A program made the position numbers and the translations under genes. The notes beneath the pieces were generated by a model. The model did not search any database and was not told the DNA's origin. It saw only the letters and a program-made list of their open reading frames with translations. Source: an uncultured Acidobacteriota bacterium (GTDB lineage: Bacteria; Acidobacteriota; Vicinamibacteria; Vicinamibacterales; UBA8438). Taken from it: a DNA stretch of 64,000 nt. The DNA lies in NCBI GenBank assembly GCA_913043225.1, contig CAJWLU010000001.1, positions 96,001-160,000 on the forward strand, written 5' to 3'. This document shows, piece by piece, positions 37,588-47,204 of this stretch (within the stretch, counting starts at the first letter, position 1; each line of letters starts with the position of its first letter).

Positions 37588-38862
37588 CTAGTCAGTGCCG
37601 CCGTAGCGGGCGACACGCACGTCACAGGTGATGGCGTGGGCCAGCATCCGCTCGGTCTCGCACTGGCGCGCTGTCACCTTGCCTACCTCGACCGATGCCT
37701 CCGGCGTCATCTTCTGGTAGGTCACCGTCTTGAGAAACTTCCCGACCCAAACACCGCCGGTGTAGCGAGCTGAACGGCTCGTGGGCAGGATGTGATTGGT
37801 GCCGATCGCCTTATCCCCGTAGGCGACGGTCGTCTCCTCGCCGATGAAGAGCGAACCGTAGTTCCGGAGTCGGTCGTGGTAGTAGTCCACGTTGGCGACA
37901 TGGAGCTCTAGGTGCTCGGGCGCCCAGTCATCGCTGAGGGCGATCGCTTCATCCGGATCGTCGGCCACCACTACCCGACCGTTATCGCGCCAGGACACTC
38001 CGGCGATCTCGCGGGTCGGGAGCACCTCGAGCTGCCGTTCGATCTCGCCGAGCGCCTGGCAGCCGAACGCCTCGCTGAGACAGACGAGGATCTGGCCGCT
38101 GTTCGGGTCGTGCTCAGCCTGTCCCAGTAGGTCGCTCGCCACAAGTGACGGATCGGCAGTGTTGTCGGCGATGACCGCGATCTCAGTGGGTCCAGCCAGT
38201 AGATCCAGCCCGCACTGGCCGAAGAGCTGCCGCTTGGCCTCGGCCACGAACCGGTTGCCCGCGCCGCACAACATGTCGGCCGGCGGCACCACGCCCATGC
38301 CGTAAGCCATCATCGCGAACGCCTGCACCCCGCCGAGCACGAAGATGCGATCGGCGCCCGCCTGGCGCATCGCGTTGATGGTGGCGGGAAAGTAGCCTCG
38401 GCCCTTGATCGGCGGCGTGCAGCCCACCACGGTGTCAACGCCGGCCACCTTCGCTGGAATGATGCTCATCTGGGCCGAGCCGAACATCGGATAGCGTCCG
38501 CCCGGCACGTAGCTGCCGACGCAGCTTACCGGAATGTGGCGATGCCCGAGCACCACGCCGGGCCGGATCTCGGTTTCGAGCGGCAACAGCGTCTCGAGCT
38601 GGGCCTCGGCGAAGGCGCGCACGTTGCCCTGGCAGAATCCGGTGTCGGCCAGCACCTGCGGGTCGCACTTCCCGATCGCCTCCTGGATCTCGGCCTCGCT
38701 CAGCTCGAAGTCGGCCGGAGCCCACTCGTCGAACTTCCGGCTGTATTCACGAACCGCATCCACACCCCGAGCCCGGAGGTCACGCAGCAAATCGGCCACG
38801 TATCTAGTGGTTTCTTCATCTTCCTCGAACAGGCGATGACCGCCATCTTTGAGTATCTGCAT
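37588..38862 (-). CDS. Histidinol dehydrogenase-family protein, HpsN-like non-HisD clade
   Basis: GSYVPGGRY, GGVQA, AGPTE, QAEH, PEHL and GDKAIGTNHILPT. Confidence 0.85.
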   Translation of the reverse strand: MQILKDGGHRLFEEDEETTRYVADLLRDLRARGVDAVREYSRKFDEWAPADFELSEAEIQEAIGKCDPQVLADTGFCQGNVRAFAEAQLETLLPLETEIRPGVVLGHRHIPVSCVGSYVPGGRYPMFGSAQMSIIPAKVAGVDTVVGCTPPIKGRGYFPATINAMRQAGADRIFVLGGVQAFAMMAYGMGVVPPADMLCGAGNRFVAEAKRQLFGQCGLDLLAGPTEIAVIADNTADPSLVASDLLGQAEHDPNSGQILVCLSEAFGCQALGEIERQLEVLPTREIAGVSWRDNGRVVVADDPDEAIALSDDWAPEHLELHVANVDYYHDRLRNYGSLFIGEETTVAYGDKAIGTNHILPTSRSARYTGGVWVGKFLKTVTYQKMTPEASVEVGKVTARQCETERMLAHAITCDVRVARYGGTD

Positions 38863-39005
38863 GCGCTCAGCTCGTCACTGCTCTGTCTCGCAGGTCTGGC
38901 TACAGGTTACCGGCAATGCCTGGCGAGTATCAGTCGGCACTGTCTGGCAGTCCGATAAGTAGGTGGCACCGGACTGCCGGCTACGGGCTATAGGAAACCT
39001 CGAGC

Positions 39006-39036
39006 GCCTGAAGCTTGGAGCCTGAAGTCCACAGGC
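39006..39036. repeat. Degenerate heptamer repeat (AAGCCTG-like), intergenic
   Basis: GCCTG-AAGCTTG-GAGCCTG-AAGTCCA-CAGGC, downstream of the symporter stop codon. Confidence 0.55.
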
Positions 39037-39055
39037 GTGAGGATATCAACGCCCG

Positions 39056-40543
39056 TCATAGATCCATCACTCCCTCGATGTCGGGATCGAGGCGCGGGGG
39101 TGGCGATACCAGGGAGATACCAAAGAACAGAGTCAGCGACAGCAGCAGCGCCACGAAGCCGGCGTTGATACCGTAGGGCACTGCGATCCCCAACAGCTCG
39201 ATGCCGAAGTTCACGACGAGGCTGGTCACAATGGCCACGTTAGCCGCCGTCGCGGTGGCCCGTTTCCAGTTGAAGCCGATGGCCACGGTCGGCACGAGCG
39301 CCGCCGCGAAGGTACCCCACCCGAACGCCCCCAGCAACGCCACCAGGTCCTGGCGCGAATAGAGCACGAACACGGCGGAGCCGACCGCGAGGAGCACGGT
39401 GGCCACCCGCGCCCAGAACAGCTCGTTCGACAGCGACCGACCGGTCAGCGCACGCGGGATATCGTGAACCACGGCTGCCGCGCCGAGATTGAGGAAACTG
39501 TCGGCAGTTGACATGATGGCGGCGAACAAGCCGGCGAACACGACCCCGGCCAACATCGGCCCGGCGTGGAACTGGAGAAACTGCGGTGCCGCCTCGTCTG
39601 GGCCGGCCAGTTCGGGATGCCCCCCCTGGATGACCAGCGCGCGCATCGCCAATCCGATGCTCAGCCAGAGCAGCGAGCAGAGCGCATAGCCGGCGGCGCT
39701 GACCGGAAGCGTACGGCGGGCGTCCTCGACCCGCTTGTTCATCATCAGCTTGGTGATGACATGCGGCTGCCCCGCCATCCCAAGCACGAAGACCACGAAC
39801 CAGGACAGCGCGCCGATCATACCCAGGGTGCCCCACGGACTGATCGACTCCGGGTCGTCTTCGAGTAGCGTCGTGGCGATCCCAGCGAGGCCGCCATCGA
39901 CCGCTGTGATGGCCGCGAAAAAGACGAAGATCGCCGCCACGATCATGATGGCGCCCTGCACTAGGTCGGTGTAGACCGACGCCAGGATACCGCCTGTCAC
40001 GCAGTAGAACACCAGCACGGCACAGGCGATCGCCATGCATGTAATCAACGATACGTCGGGGATGAACGAGACGTTGTTCAGTACGTCCCGCAACACCGTG
40101 GCCATGGCCAGAATCTGGGTGCCGAGATAGCCGACTACGCCTAGCAGGATGGCGATGGCGGTAAGCAGACGCGCGCGTTCGCTGTTGTAACGCGCCGCCA
40201 CGGCATCTGGCAGCGAGATCGACTCGCGCAGCTCGGCCACCATCCGCAGACGCTTGGCCAGGAGATAGAAGACACAGCAGAACCCAAGCGGCGCGATCAC
40301 TGTCATCCAGGCCGAGCTGAGCCCCATCCGGTAGACCAGACCTGGGCCACCGACGAACCCGAAACCGCTCATCGTGCTGGAAAAGACGGCCAGGCCGGTG
40401 ACCAGGATTCCCAGATCCCGTCCGGCCATGAAGAAGTCGCGAGTGGAGGTAGTACGACGCAGGGCCCACAGTCCCACCCCGATGCACATCGCCAAATAAC
40501 CGGCCACCCAGGCGAGCACGATGAGGGGGCGTGAGTCGTCCAT
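39056..40543 (-). CDS. Sodium:solute symporter (SSS, PutP/PanF-like)
   Basis: DFFMAGR, SGFGFVGGPG, YTDLVQG, GQPHV and AAIMSTADS. Many TM helices. Confidence 0.92.
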   Translation of the reverse strand: MDDSRPLIVLAWVAGYLAMCIGVGLWALRRTTSTRDFFMAGRDLGILVTGLAVFSSTMSGFGFVGGPGLVYRMGLSSAWMTVIAPLGFCCVFYLLAKRLRMVAELRESISLPDAVAARYNSERARLLTAIAILLGVVGYLGTQILAMATVLRDVLNNVSFIPDVSLITCMAIACAVLVFYCVTGGILASVYTDLVQGAIMIVAAIFVFFAAITAVDGGLAGIATTLLEDDPESISPWGTLGMIGALSWFVVFVLGMAGQPHVITKLMMNKRVEDARRTLPVSAAGYALCSLLWLSIGLAMRALVIQGGHPELAGPDEAAPQFLQFHAGPMLAGVVFAGLFAAIMSTADSFLNLGAAAVVHDIPRALTGRSLSNELFWARVATVLLAVGSAVFVLYSRQDLVALLGAFGWGTFAAALVPTVAIGFNWKRATATAANVAIVTSLVVNFGIELLGIAVPYGINAGFVALLLSLTLFFGISLVSPPPRLDPDIEGVMDL

Positions 40544-40548
40544 CAGCC

Positions 40549-41112
40549 TCACTCCGTGCGCGCCCGGCGCGCGGCCACGATCTCACGGAAGCGCGTCATG
40601 TCATCCGGGGTCACCACGGCCCGGTGGAAATACAGCACGAAGAGCACGACCACCAGGAACTGAGTAGGCCAGAAGGCGTAGATGAACCAAGCGGTCGGCA
40701 ACGGAAGCCCGAGCATTAGTGGCCCGCCCGGGTCGGCTAGATACCGCGCATAGGTGGCCACCATCAGGGTCAACAGCGTGGCCAGGGTAACGCCACTCAT
40801 CACCAACGGCCACCTGAGTAGGCCCGGGTGACGAAGCCCCATGAAGAGCGACCCGATAATCAGCGCCAGCTGCACAAGCGCGAACGCCCAGGCCATCCAC
40901 AGACGACCGCCATGCCGGGCCGGACCGTCGCCACCGTGGTCCATCGAAGGAAACCGCTCGTGCGAGGCGCCGTGCCCCAGATACACCCGCTCGACTTGGC
41001 CGTCGGTGACAACCTCTTCGCTCGGCTGCTCCTCGAGGACGAAGGTCAGCGCGAACAGGGCACAGAGCGCCAGTAGCAAACCGAACAACGCGCGCGCCAG
41101 GCGGTCGGGCAT
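40549..41112 (-). CDS. Small multi-TM membrane protein upstream of the SSS gene
   Basis: About four hydrophobic segments from the start MPDRLAR, with a His-containing loop. Ends 5 nt before the SSS start. Confidence 0.65.
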   Translation of the reverse strand: MPDRLARALFGLLLALCALFALTFVLEEQPSEEVVTDGQVERVYLGHGASHERFPSMDHGGDGPARHGGRLWMAWAFALVQLALIIGSLFMGLRHPGLLRWPLVMSGVTLATLLTLMVATYARYLADPGGPLMLGLPLPTAWFIYAFWPTQFLVVVLFVLYFHRAVVTPDDMTRFREIVAARRARTE

Positions 41113-41175
41113 GAGAGGCGCAGTGTAGCGTGGTCGGGGAGTAGAATCGAACCGATGGGCAGGTCGAAGGGCACC

Positions 41176-41478
41176 ATGGCACCCTCGGCGGTCGACGGGC
41201 TGGTGGCTTTGCTGGACGAAAGCTACGACCGGCAGTCGTGGGACAGCCCGAATTTGCGGAACAGTCTCCGGGGGGTCGGCCCGGAGCCGGCCCGGAAGGA
41301 GTGCTTCGCATTGCTCGCCCAGCTGCGACCGCCAGTAACCGCACTCGATGTCCGTGATTTCCCTCGGCGACTGGGCCGGGGACGGGACACCGGCGGGAGC
41401 CTGGCGCGTGGCGAGACGGCCCACGATCTCTATCATGCCGGCCAGATCCGGCTCAACCGGCGTCTCCACGAGAGCTAG
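41176..41478 (+). pseudogene. Internally deleted DinB-family gene (probable remnant)
   Basis: N-terminal LLDESYDRQSWDSPNLRNSLRGV and C-terminal HDLYHAGQI resemble DinB proteins. It is only 100 aa and the central His-containing helix is missing. Confidence 0.55.
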
Positions 41479-41488
41479 GAGACTCACT

Positions 41489-42724
41489 ATGCGATACGCG
41501 GCGACCGGAGTGATGATAACAGCGCTTGCAGTTGGTGGAGCGATGCCGGCCCTGTCCCAAGACGCGGGCGACTACCCTCAGTGGCGTGGGCCGAACCGTG
41601 ACGGCGCGGCGGCCGGCTTCGCCGCACCCACCAACTGGCCCCGCCGTCTCACCGAGCACTGGCAGGTCGAGACCGGGCGCGGCTATGCCACCCCGATCCT
41701 GATCGGTAACCGAGTGTTCACTTTTGGTCGCATCGATACCGACGAGGTGGCGATGGCGCTCGACGCCGGAACCGGCGCGGTCGAATGGCGCACCGCCTAC
41801 AACGCGCCCTATCGACAGAACGCCGGCACCCAGCGCCATGGGCCAGGCCCGAAATCGACGCCGCTGTACCACGATGGTCGACTGTTCACGCTCGGTATCA
41901 ACGGCGTGGTCTCGGCTTTCGACGCGGACACGGGAGCGCTGCTCTGGCAGAAGCCGGCGCAGTCGAGCGAGCCCCTCTACGCGACCTCGCTCTCGCCCGT
42001 CGCCGATGGCACCCGCGTCATTCTGCACGTGGGCGGTCATGACGACGGCGCGCTGACTGCGTATACCGCCGACACCGGCGCGGTAGCCTGGGAATGGCGA
42101 GGTGACGGACCGGCCTACGCGTCGCCGATGGTCGCCCTACTGAACGGAGTCCGACAGGTAGTGACCGTCACCCAGACCAAGGTGGTCGGCGTCGACGCAA
42201 ACGACGGGCAGCTGCTGTGGGAGCGGCCCTGGGTATCTCGTTCAACCAATAACTCCATCACCCCGATCATCGACGGTAACGAGGTAATCGTGACCGGGCA
42301 CGAACTGGGCGTCATTCGATTCCGGCCCCTGCAGGTCAACGACCGCTGGACCACCGAAACGATCTGGCAGACCGACGACGTGTCGATGTTCATGAGCAAC
42401 CCGGTGCTGTCTGGCGATACCCTGTATGGCATGTCGCACCTACGGGCCGGCCAGTTCTTCGCCCTCGACGCCGCGAGCGGTGAAACGCTGTGGCGAACCG
42501 AAGGCCGCGAGGCCACCAACTCGTCGGTGGTGATGGCCGACGATCTATTGTTCCTGCTCAACAACGACGGCGATCTGGTCGTCGCACGCACCGACCGGGA
42601 CGGCTTCAGCCAGATCACTCGCTACGAAGTAGCCGAGAGTGCTACCTGGGCGCAGCCGGCCATCTCCGGCAACCGACTGTTCATCAAGGACGAGGCGCAC
42701 GTCACGCTGTGGACGATCAACTGA
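41489..42724 (+). CDS. Secreted PQQ-like (BamB-type) beta-propeller protein
   Basis: YPQWRGPNRDG, repeated A.D..TG...W, GPKSTP and YASP. AGGAG RBS. Confidence 0.88.
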   Translation: MRYAATGVMITALAVGGAMPALSQDAGDYPQWRGPNRDGAAAGFAAPTNWPRRLTEHWQVETGRGYATPILIGNRVFTFGRIDTDEVAMALDAGTGAVEWRTAYNAPYRQNAGTQRHGPGPKSTPLYHDGRLFTLGINGVVSAFDADTGALLWQKPAQSSEPLYATSLSPVADGTRVILHVGGHDDGALTAYTADTGAVAWEWRGDGPAYASPMVALLNGVRQVVTVTQTKVVGVDANDGQLLWERPWVSRSTNNSITPIIDGNEVIVTGHELGVIRFRPLQVNDRWTTETIWQTDDVSMFMSNPVLSGDTLYGMSHLRAGQFFALDAASGETLWRTEGREATNSSVVMADDLLFLLNNDGDLVVARTDRDGFSQITRYEVAESATWAQPAISGNRLFIKDEAHVTLWTIN

Positions 42725-42738
42725 ACCAGGACACGCCC

Positions 42739-44058
42739 GTCATCAAACGCAGATCGATCGCGTGGGTCCGTCCCGGCTGGCTGCTGGGCGGCGCGGCGAG
42801 CCTGCTGGGTGTGATCTGCCTGACGGTGGGCCTCGATGGCCAACGCGGCGGCGTCTTCCGGGAATCGCGCGACCATCCGGCCATCCGCTACACCGACGGC
42901 ACCACGACCGACGAGGTTACCCGACTCGCCGAGTCCCTCGCGGCTGGCACCACGACACTCGACTTCACAGAACGGACCGGCTACCTCTCTGCCCTACTCC
43001 AGGCCCTAAAGATACCGATAGAGTCGCAGGTCACGGTCTTCTCCGACACCAGCTTTCAGGCCGACCAGATCGACCCTGAGAATCCGCGCGCGATCTACTT
43101 CAACGACACAGTGGCGGTGGGCTGGGTGCGCGGAACCGACGTGCTGGAGATCGCGGCCCTAGACCCCACCCAGGGGGTGCTGTTCTTCTCTCTGCCGCAA
43201 GAACCATCGGCGCCACCCGAGATCACGCGGACCGAGGTCTGTCTGGCCTGCCACCTGTCCTGGGACACGCTCGGTGTCCCCGGGTTGATGACCATCAACA
43301 CCTTGCCGATGCCGGACGACCCGAACGCCTACGCAGTCGGCTGGACCACCGACCACCGCACCCCTCTGGCCGAACGGTGGGGTAGCTGGTATGTCACCGG
43401 CGCGCCCGAGGCTATCCGCCATCTGGGTAACTCGACCGAGCCGATTGACTACGTGCCCGGCGACGTACCCCCGGCGCCGCCCGTTCTTGACACGCTGGAC
43501 GGACTCTTCGACCTGGACGGGTTCCCGACCCCCTACAGCGACATCGTGGCGCTGATGGTGCTCGAGCATCGCAACCACATGAGCAACCTGCTCGTCCGCA
43601 TCGGCTGGGAAGCACGGGTGCTGGCGCACCAAGCAGGTGCCGCGAGGAGCGGCGACAGCGGGATCGACCTCGCAGATACGGCCGAAGAGCTGGTGGATTA
43701 CCTATTGTTCGTGGACGAGGCGCCGCTGCCAGCTCCCATCACTGGTGGGTCTGGTTACGCCGAGCGCTATTCAGCGCTCGGCCCGTTCGACAGCCAGGAC
43801 CGGTCGCTGCACCAATTGGACCTCAAGCAACGGCTGCTAAAGTACCCGGCCAGCCCGCTCATCTACACCGAAGCGTTCGACGCACTGCCGGCACCGGCTC
43901 GAGATGCCATCTATCGTCGGATGTGGACGGTGCTCTCGGGGGCGGCGACCGAACCCCGCTACCAGCGCCTCAACCGCGACAACCGCCAGGCGATCGTCGA
44001 GATCCTCCGCGACACCAAACCGGCCCTGCCCGAGTACTTTGGCGGGACGGTCGGCTAA
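42739..44058 (+). CDS. Secreted monohaem cytochrome c-type hypothetical protein (start uncertain)
   Basis: CLACH, NPRAIYFND, ERWGSWYVTG, SDIVALMVLEH and ILRDTK. No ATG/GTG precedes the signal-like segment. Confidence 0.72.
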   Translation, partial: VIKRRSIAWVRPGWLLGGAASLLGVICLTVGLDGQRGGVFRESRDHPAIRYTDGTTTDEVTRLAESLAAGTTTLDFTERTGYLSALLQALKIPIESQVTVFSDTSFQADQIDPENPRAIYFNDTVAVGWVRGTDVLEIAALDPTQGVLFFSLPQEPSAPPEITRTEVCLACHLSWDTLGVPGLMTINTLPMPDDPNAYAVGWTTDHRTPLAERWGSWYVTGAPEAIRHLGNSTEPIDYVPGDVPPAPPVLDTLDGLFDLDGFPTPYSDIVALMVLEHRNHMSNLLVRIGWEARVLAHQAGAARSGDSGIDLADTAEELVDYLLFVDEAPLPAPITGGSGYAERYSALGPFDSQDRSLHQLDLKQRLLKYPASPLIYTEAFDALPAPARDAIYRRMWTVLSGAATEPRYQRLNRDNRQAIVEILRDTKPALPEYFGGTVG

Positions 44059-44711
44059 CCGGTCAAATCCAGCTGATTGAGACCGGCAACCAGCTGCACC
44101 TCACGCTCAGTGCGCTCACCGCCGTAGAGGACTACGACCGTATACGTGCCTGGAACCACACCGTCGAGACTGAAGCTGCCGTCGGCCTCAGCCATCACGA
44201 AGTACGGCGTGTCGAAGGCCAGGATGTCGGCGAACATCTCGGTGTGGGTGTTGCAGATCACGACGTACTCTCCCGGTTTTTCCACCAGAAAGTCGTAGCG
44301 GCTGCCATTGATGGTCGCCACGTTGATGAGGGACTCGCCCGCCTCGTCCTTCACATGCACCGTATGCAGGTCGTCTTCGCTGTTGGTGAAACGGACGGTC
44401 TGCCCAGCCTGCACCATGAGGAAATCGGGGATAAAGAGACGCCCATACTGGTCGATGACCGGCACCTCCTCGGACACGGGCTCATCGAGCTCGGCGTGCG
44501 GTTCGAGCGCGATAATGGAACGTACCATCCCGCGGGCCGGCAGGGCGATCCCCGCGATCCGGGCGGCGCCGTCGTCCTCGACCGAAGCGTCGCCGGTGTC
44601 GGGAGGAATCTCGACGGGCGGCGGAGTCTCGGACGGCGCCGCGCCACCACAGGCCACGATGGCCGACAGCAACAACGACAGGAGTGCATGCAAGGCGCGT
44701 ACGGCGGACAT
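44055..44711 (-). CDS. Lipoprotein with a cupredoxin domain and a C-terminal beta-sandwich
   Basis: Lipobox IVAC. F.NSED..HTVH and YVVICNTHTEM (type-1 Cu ligands). DGSFSLDGVVPGTYTV. Confidence 0.75.
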   Translation of the reverse strand: MSAVRALHALLSLLLSAIVACGGAAPSETPPPVEIPPDTGDASVEDDGAARIAGIALPARGMVRSIIALEPHAELDEPVSEEVPVIDQYGRLFIPDFLMVQAGQTVRFTNSEDDLHTVHVKDEAGESLINVATINGSRYDFLVEKPGEYVVICNTHTEMFADILAFDTPYFVMAEADGSFSLDGVVPGTYTVVVLYGGERTEREVQLVAGLNQLDLTG

Positions 44712-44828
44712 TGAGCGGCGATCGTACCAAAACAGCCCGGTCTCTGGCGACAGCACGCCCACCCACCGGCGCTATAATCGCCGCCTCGACCCCACAGCAC
44801 CAGTTCTCTTCCAGGAGCAGGCCAGCCC

Positions 44829-45860
44829 ATGACCCGCAGACCTAGACGTACCGTGACCTCGGTCCATTTTCGCGCCACCTTGGCGTTCACGCTCGTTGCG
44901 GTACTGACGGCGACGATTACCGCTCAGGAGCGTCCCGAGATTCGGACGAAGACGGACTTCCTGCGAGCCATGGAGGAGCTCTCGAACTGGGGCCGATGGG
45001 GCGCCGACGACGAACTGGGTGCGGCCAATCTCATCACGCTCGAAAAGCGCAAAGCTGCCGCGTCACTGGTCACAGAAGGTATCAGCATCTCGCTGGCGCA
45101 CGACGTCATCGAGGAGGACGCGGTCGATGGCGGTACCTACCTGGACCGGGAGGTGACCCGCGTGGGCCCGTCCGGGGCCGCCGACCGCTATCGATATACC
45201 GGCACCTATCACGGCACCATCCACAGCCACCTCGACTCGGTGGCCTGCCACGTGATGTACGACGGCCAAGGCTACAACGGCTACACGCAAGCGTCGATCG
45301 AGGAAGCCGGTCTATGCCCCCAGGGCAGCATCCACGCCTTGCGCGACGGCATCGTGACCCGTGGCGTGCTGTTCGACGCCACGCTCCTCCCAGGTAAGAC
45401 CACCCCAGAGGGCTGGGTGGTGCCCGGCACGGAGATCACCTGGGCCGACCTCGAGGAGTTAGAGCGGATCCAGGGCGTCAGGGTGTCGGAGGGAGACGTC
45501 ATCCTCCTCTACACCGGACGGTGGAAGCGTCGCGAGGCGCTCGGTGCCTGGCCCACCTCCGAGGGCGTGGCCGGATTCCAGGCCGACGTCGCCTACTTCC
45601 TGAAGGAACGGGGTGTAGCCTTCATCGGCCACGACATGTTCAACGATGTCTCGCCGCACGGGTTCCCGCCAGAAGTTGGCCTCCCGCTGCACCGGCTGGC
45701 GCTTGTCTCTCTGGGCGTGTCGATCTTCGACAACCTCGACTTTGAGCGGCTCGCGGAGAAAGCGCGACAACTCGGGCGCTACGAGTTCATGTTCACCGCT
45801 GCGCCGCTGCGGATCCGAGGTGGCATGGGGTCGCCGCTTAACCCGATTGCCACATTTTGA
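44829..45860 (+). CDS. Secreted cyclase/kynurenine formamidase-family metallohydrolase
   Basis: NWGRWGADDELG, H...HSHLD, GIVTRGVLFD, GDVILLYTG and GGMGSPLNPIA. Confidence 0.88.
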   Translation: MTRRPRRTVTSVHFRATLAFTLVAVLTATITAQERPEIRTKTDFLRAMEELSNWGRWGADDELGAANLITLEKRKAAASLVTEGISISLAHDVIEEDAVDGGTYLDREVTRVGPSGAADRYRYTGTYHGTIHSHLDSVACHVMYDGQGYNGYTQASIEEAGLCPQGSIHALRDGIVTRGVLFDATLLPGKTTPEGWVVPGTEITWADLEELERIQGVRVSEGDVILLYTGRWKRREALGAWPTSEGVAGFQADVAYFLKERGVAFIGHDMFNDVSPHGFPPEVGLPLHRLALVSLGVSIFDNLDFERLAEKARQLGRYEFMFTAAPLRIRGGMGSPLNPIATF

Positions 45861-45935
45861 CGGGGTCGCGGCGGCGGTTCGCACGATAATTAGCCATTCC
45901 GTTTCCGCTGAGCTCATTTGGCGAGGAGGTGCTCG

Positions 45936-47141
45936 ATGTCGTACCTGAAGCAGTTCGGACCCATGCCGGCGCTCACGCTGCTGGCGATTGCGGCGGCGTG
46001 CGGCGGCGGGTCTGGACCAACGGAAGCTCCGGCCGAGGCTCAGGCTGGCTCCACGGCACCAGGCATGAACGGGCCTCAGGTGCCGATGTTCGCCGTCGAC
46101 CCGCTCTGGCCGAAGCCGCTGCCGAACCACTGGCTGCTCGGCTCCACCATCGGGGTGGACGTGGACGCCCAGGATCACGTCTGGATCGTGCACCGCGGCA
46201 ACCTGGCCAACAACGAGACGCCAGTACTGGCCGAGCCACCCTTCGCCGAGGAGTGCTGCCGGCCGGCACCGCCAGTCCTCGAATACGATCCCGAGGGCAA
46301 CCTCGTCGGCCACTGGGGCGGCCCGGGCGACGGCTACGACTGGCCGATCTCGAACCACGGCATCACCGTGGACCACATGGACAACGTGTGGATCGGGGGA
46401 AACGGCGGCGGCGACAGCCACGCGCTGAAGTTCAGCCGAAGCGGTCAGTTCCTACTGCAGATCGGCGTGGCCGGACGCCCGGTCGACAGCCTCAGCACCA
46501 ACAGCTATGGACGGATCGCCAAGATCGCTGTCGACCCGGAGGAGAACGAGATCTACTTCGCCGATGGCTATGGAAACCGCCGCGTGGCGGTAGTCGACGC
46601 CGACTCAGGTGAGCTGAAGCGGTTCTGGGGCGCCTACGGCAACGAACCGGACGACGACTACAACGAACGGTATGTCCCGGGCGGCGAGAACCTGCAGCAG
46701 TTCCTCAGTCCGGTGCACTGCGCCGAAGTATCGGCCGACGGGCTGATCTACGTCTGCGACCGCGCCCACGACCGGATCCAGGTCTTCCAGAAGGACGGCA
46801 CCTACGTGGACGAAATGCTGGTGATGCCCAACACCACCGGCTCTGGCGCCGCCTGGGACCTTGACTTCTCACACGACGCCGACCAGGCGTTCATGTATCT
46901 GGCCGACGGAGTGAACCAGCGGGTGCACATCATCGACCGGATGACCCTCGAGGTGGCAACCAGCTTCGGTGACGGCGGACGCCAGCCGGGTCAGTTCTTC
47001 GGCACCCACAGCATCGCCGTCGACTCGCAGGGCAACATCTACACAACCGAGACCTACGAAGGAAAACGGGTCCAGAAGTTCACCTTCATGGGCATGGGTC
47101 CGGTGCCGAGCGAGTATCAAGGCGTGGTGTGGCCGAAATAG
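45936..47141 (+). CDS. NHL-repeat PAL-like lipoprotein
   Basis: Lipobox AAAC. NHGITVD, ADGYGN, VHC, CDR and THSIAVDSQGNIY. GAGGAGG RBS. Confidence 0.82.
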   Translation: MSYLKQFGPMPALTLLAIAAACGGGSGPTEAPAEAQAGSTAPGMNGPQVPMFAVDPLWPKPLPNHWLLGSTIGVDVDAQDHVWIVHRGNLANNETPVLAEPPFAEECCRPAPPVLEYDPEGNLVGHWGGPGDGYDWPISNHGITVDHMDNVWIGGNGGGDSHALKFSRSGQFLLQIGVAGRPVDSLSTNSYGRIAKIAVDPEENEIYFADGYGNRRVAVVDADSGELKRFWGAYGNEPDDDYNERYVPGGENLQQFLSPVHCAEVSADGLIYVCDRAHDRIQVFQKDGTYVDEMLVMPNTTGSGAAWDLDFSHDADQAFMYLADGVNQRVHIIDRMTLEVATSFGDGGRQPGQFFGTHSIAVDSQGNIYTTETYEGKRVQKFTFMGMGPVPSEYQGVVWPK

Positions 47142-47157
47142 ACGCGACCGAAAGTAT

Positions 47158-47197
47158 GCCTGTCGGCTTACGGCTCTGGGCTTCAGGCTTTGAGCCG
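47158..47197. repeat. Degenerate heptamer repeat (reverse orientation), intergenic
   Basis: GCCTGT-CGGCTTA-CGGCTCT-GGGCTTC-AGGCTTT-GAGCCG, downstream of the NHL gene. Confidence 0.55.
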
Positions 47198-47204
47198 CGC
47201 GAGG

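Noticed and set aside
38946..38978. Sigma54-like TGGCAC within the inverted repeat GGCAGTCCG/CGGACTGCC
   Set aside because: The GG-GC spacing is 9 rather than 10 nt, and it faces away from the neighbouring genes. The hairpin alone is uninformative.
39240..40586. 448-aa alternative-frame ORF over the symporter
   Set aside because: Arg/Gly-rich off-frame product. The SSS frame carries all the family motifs.
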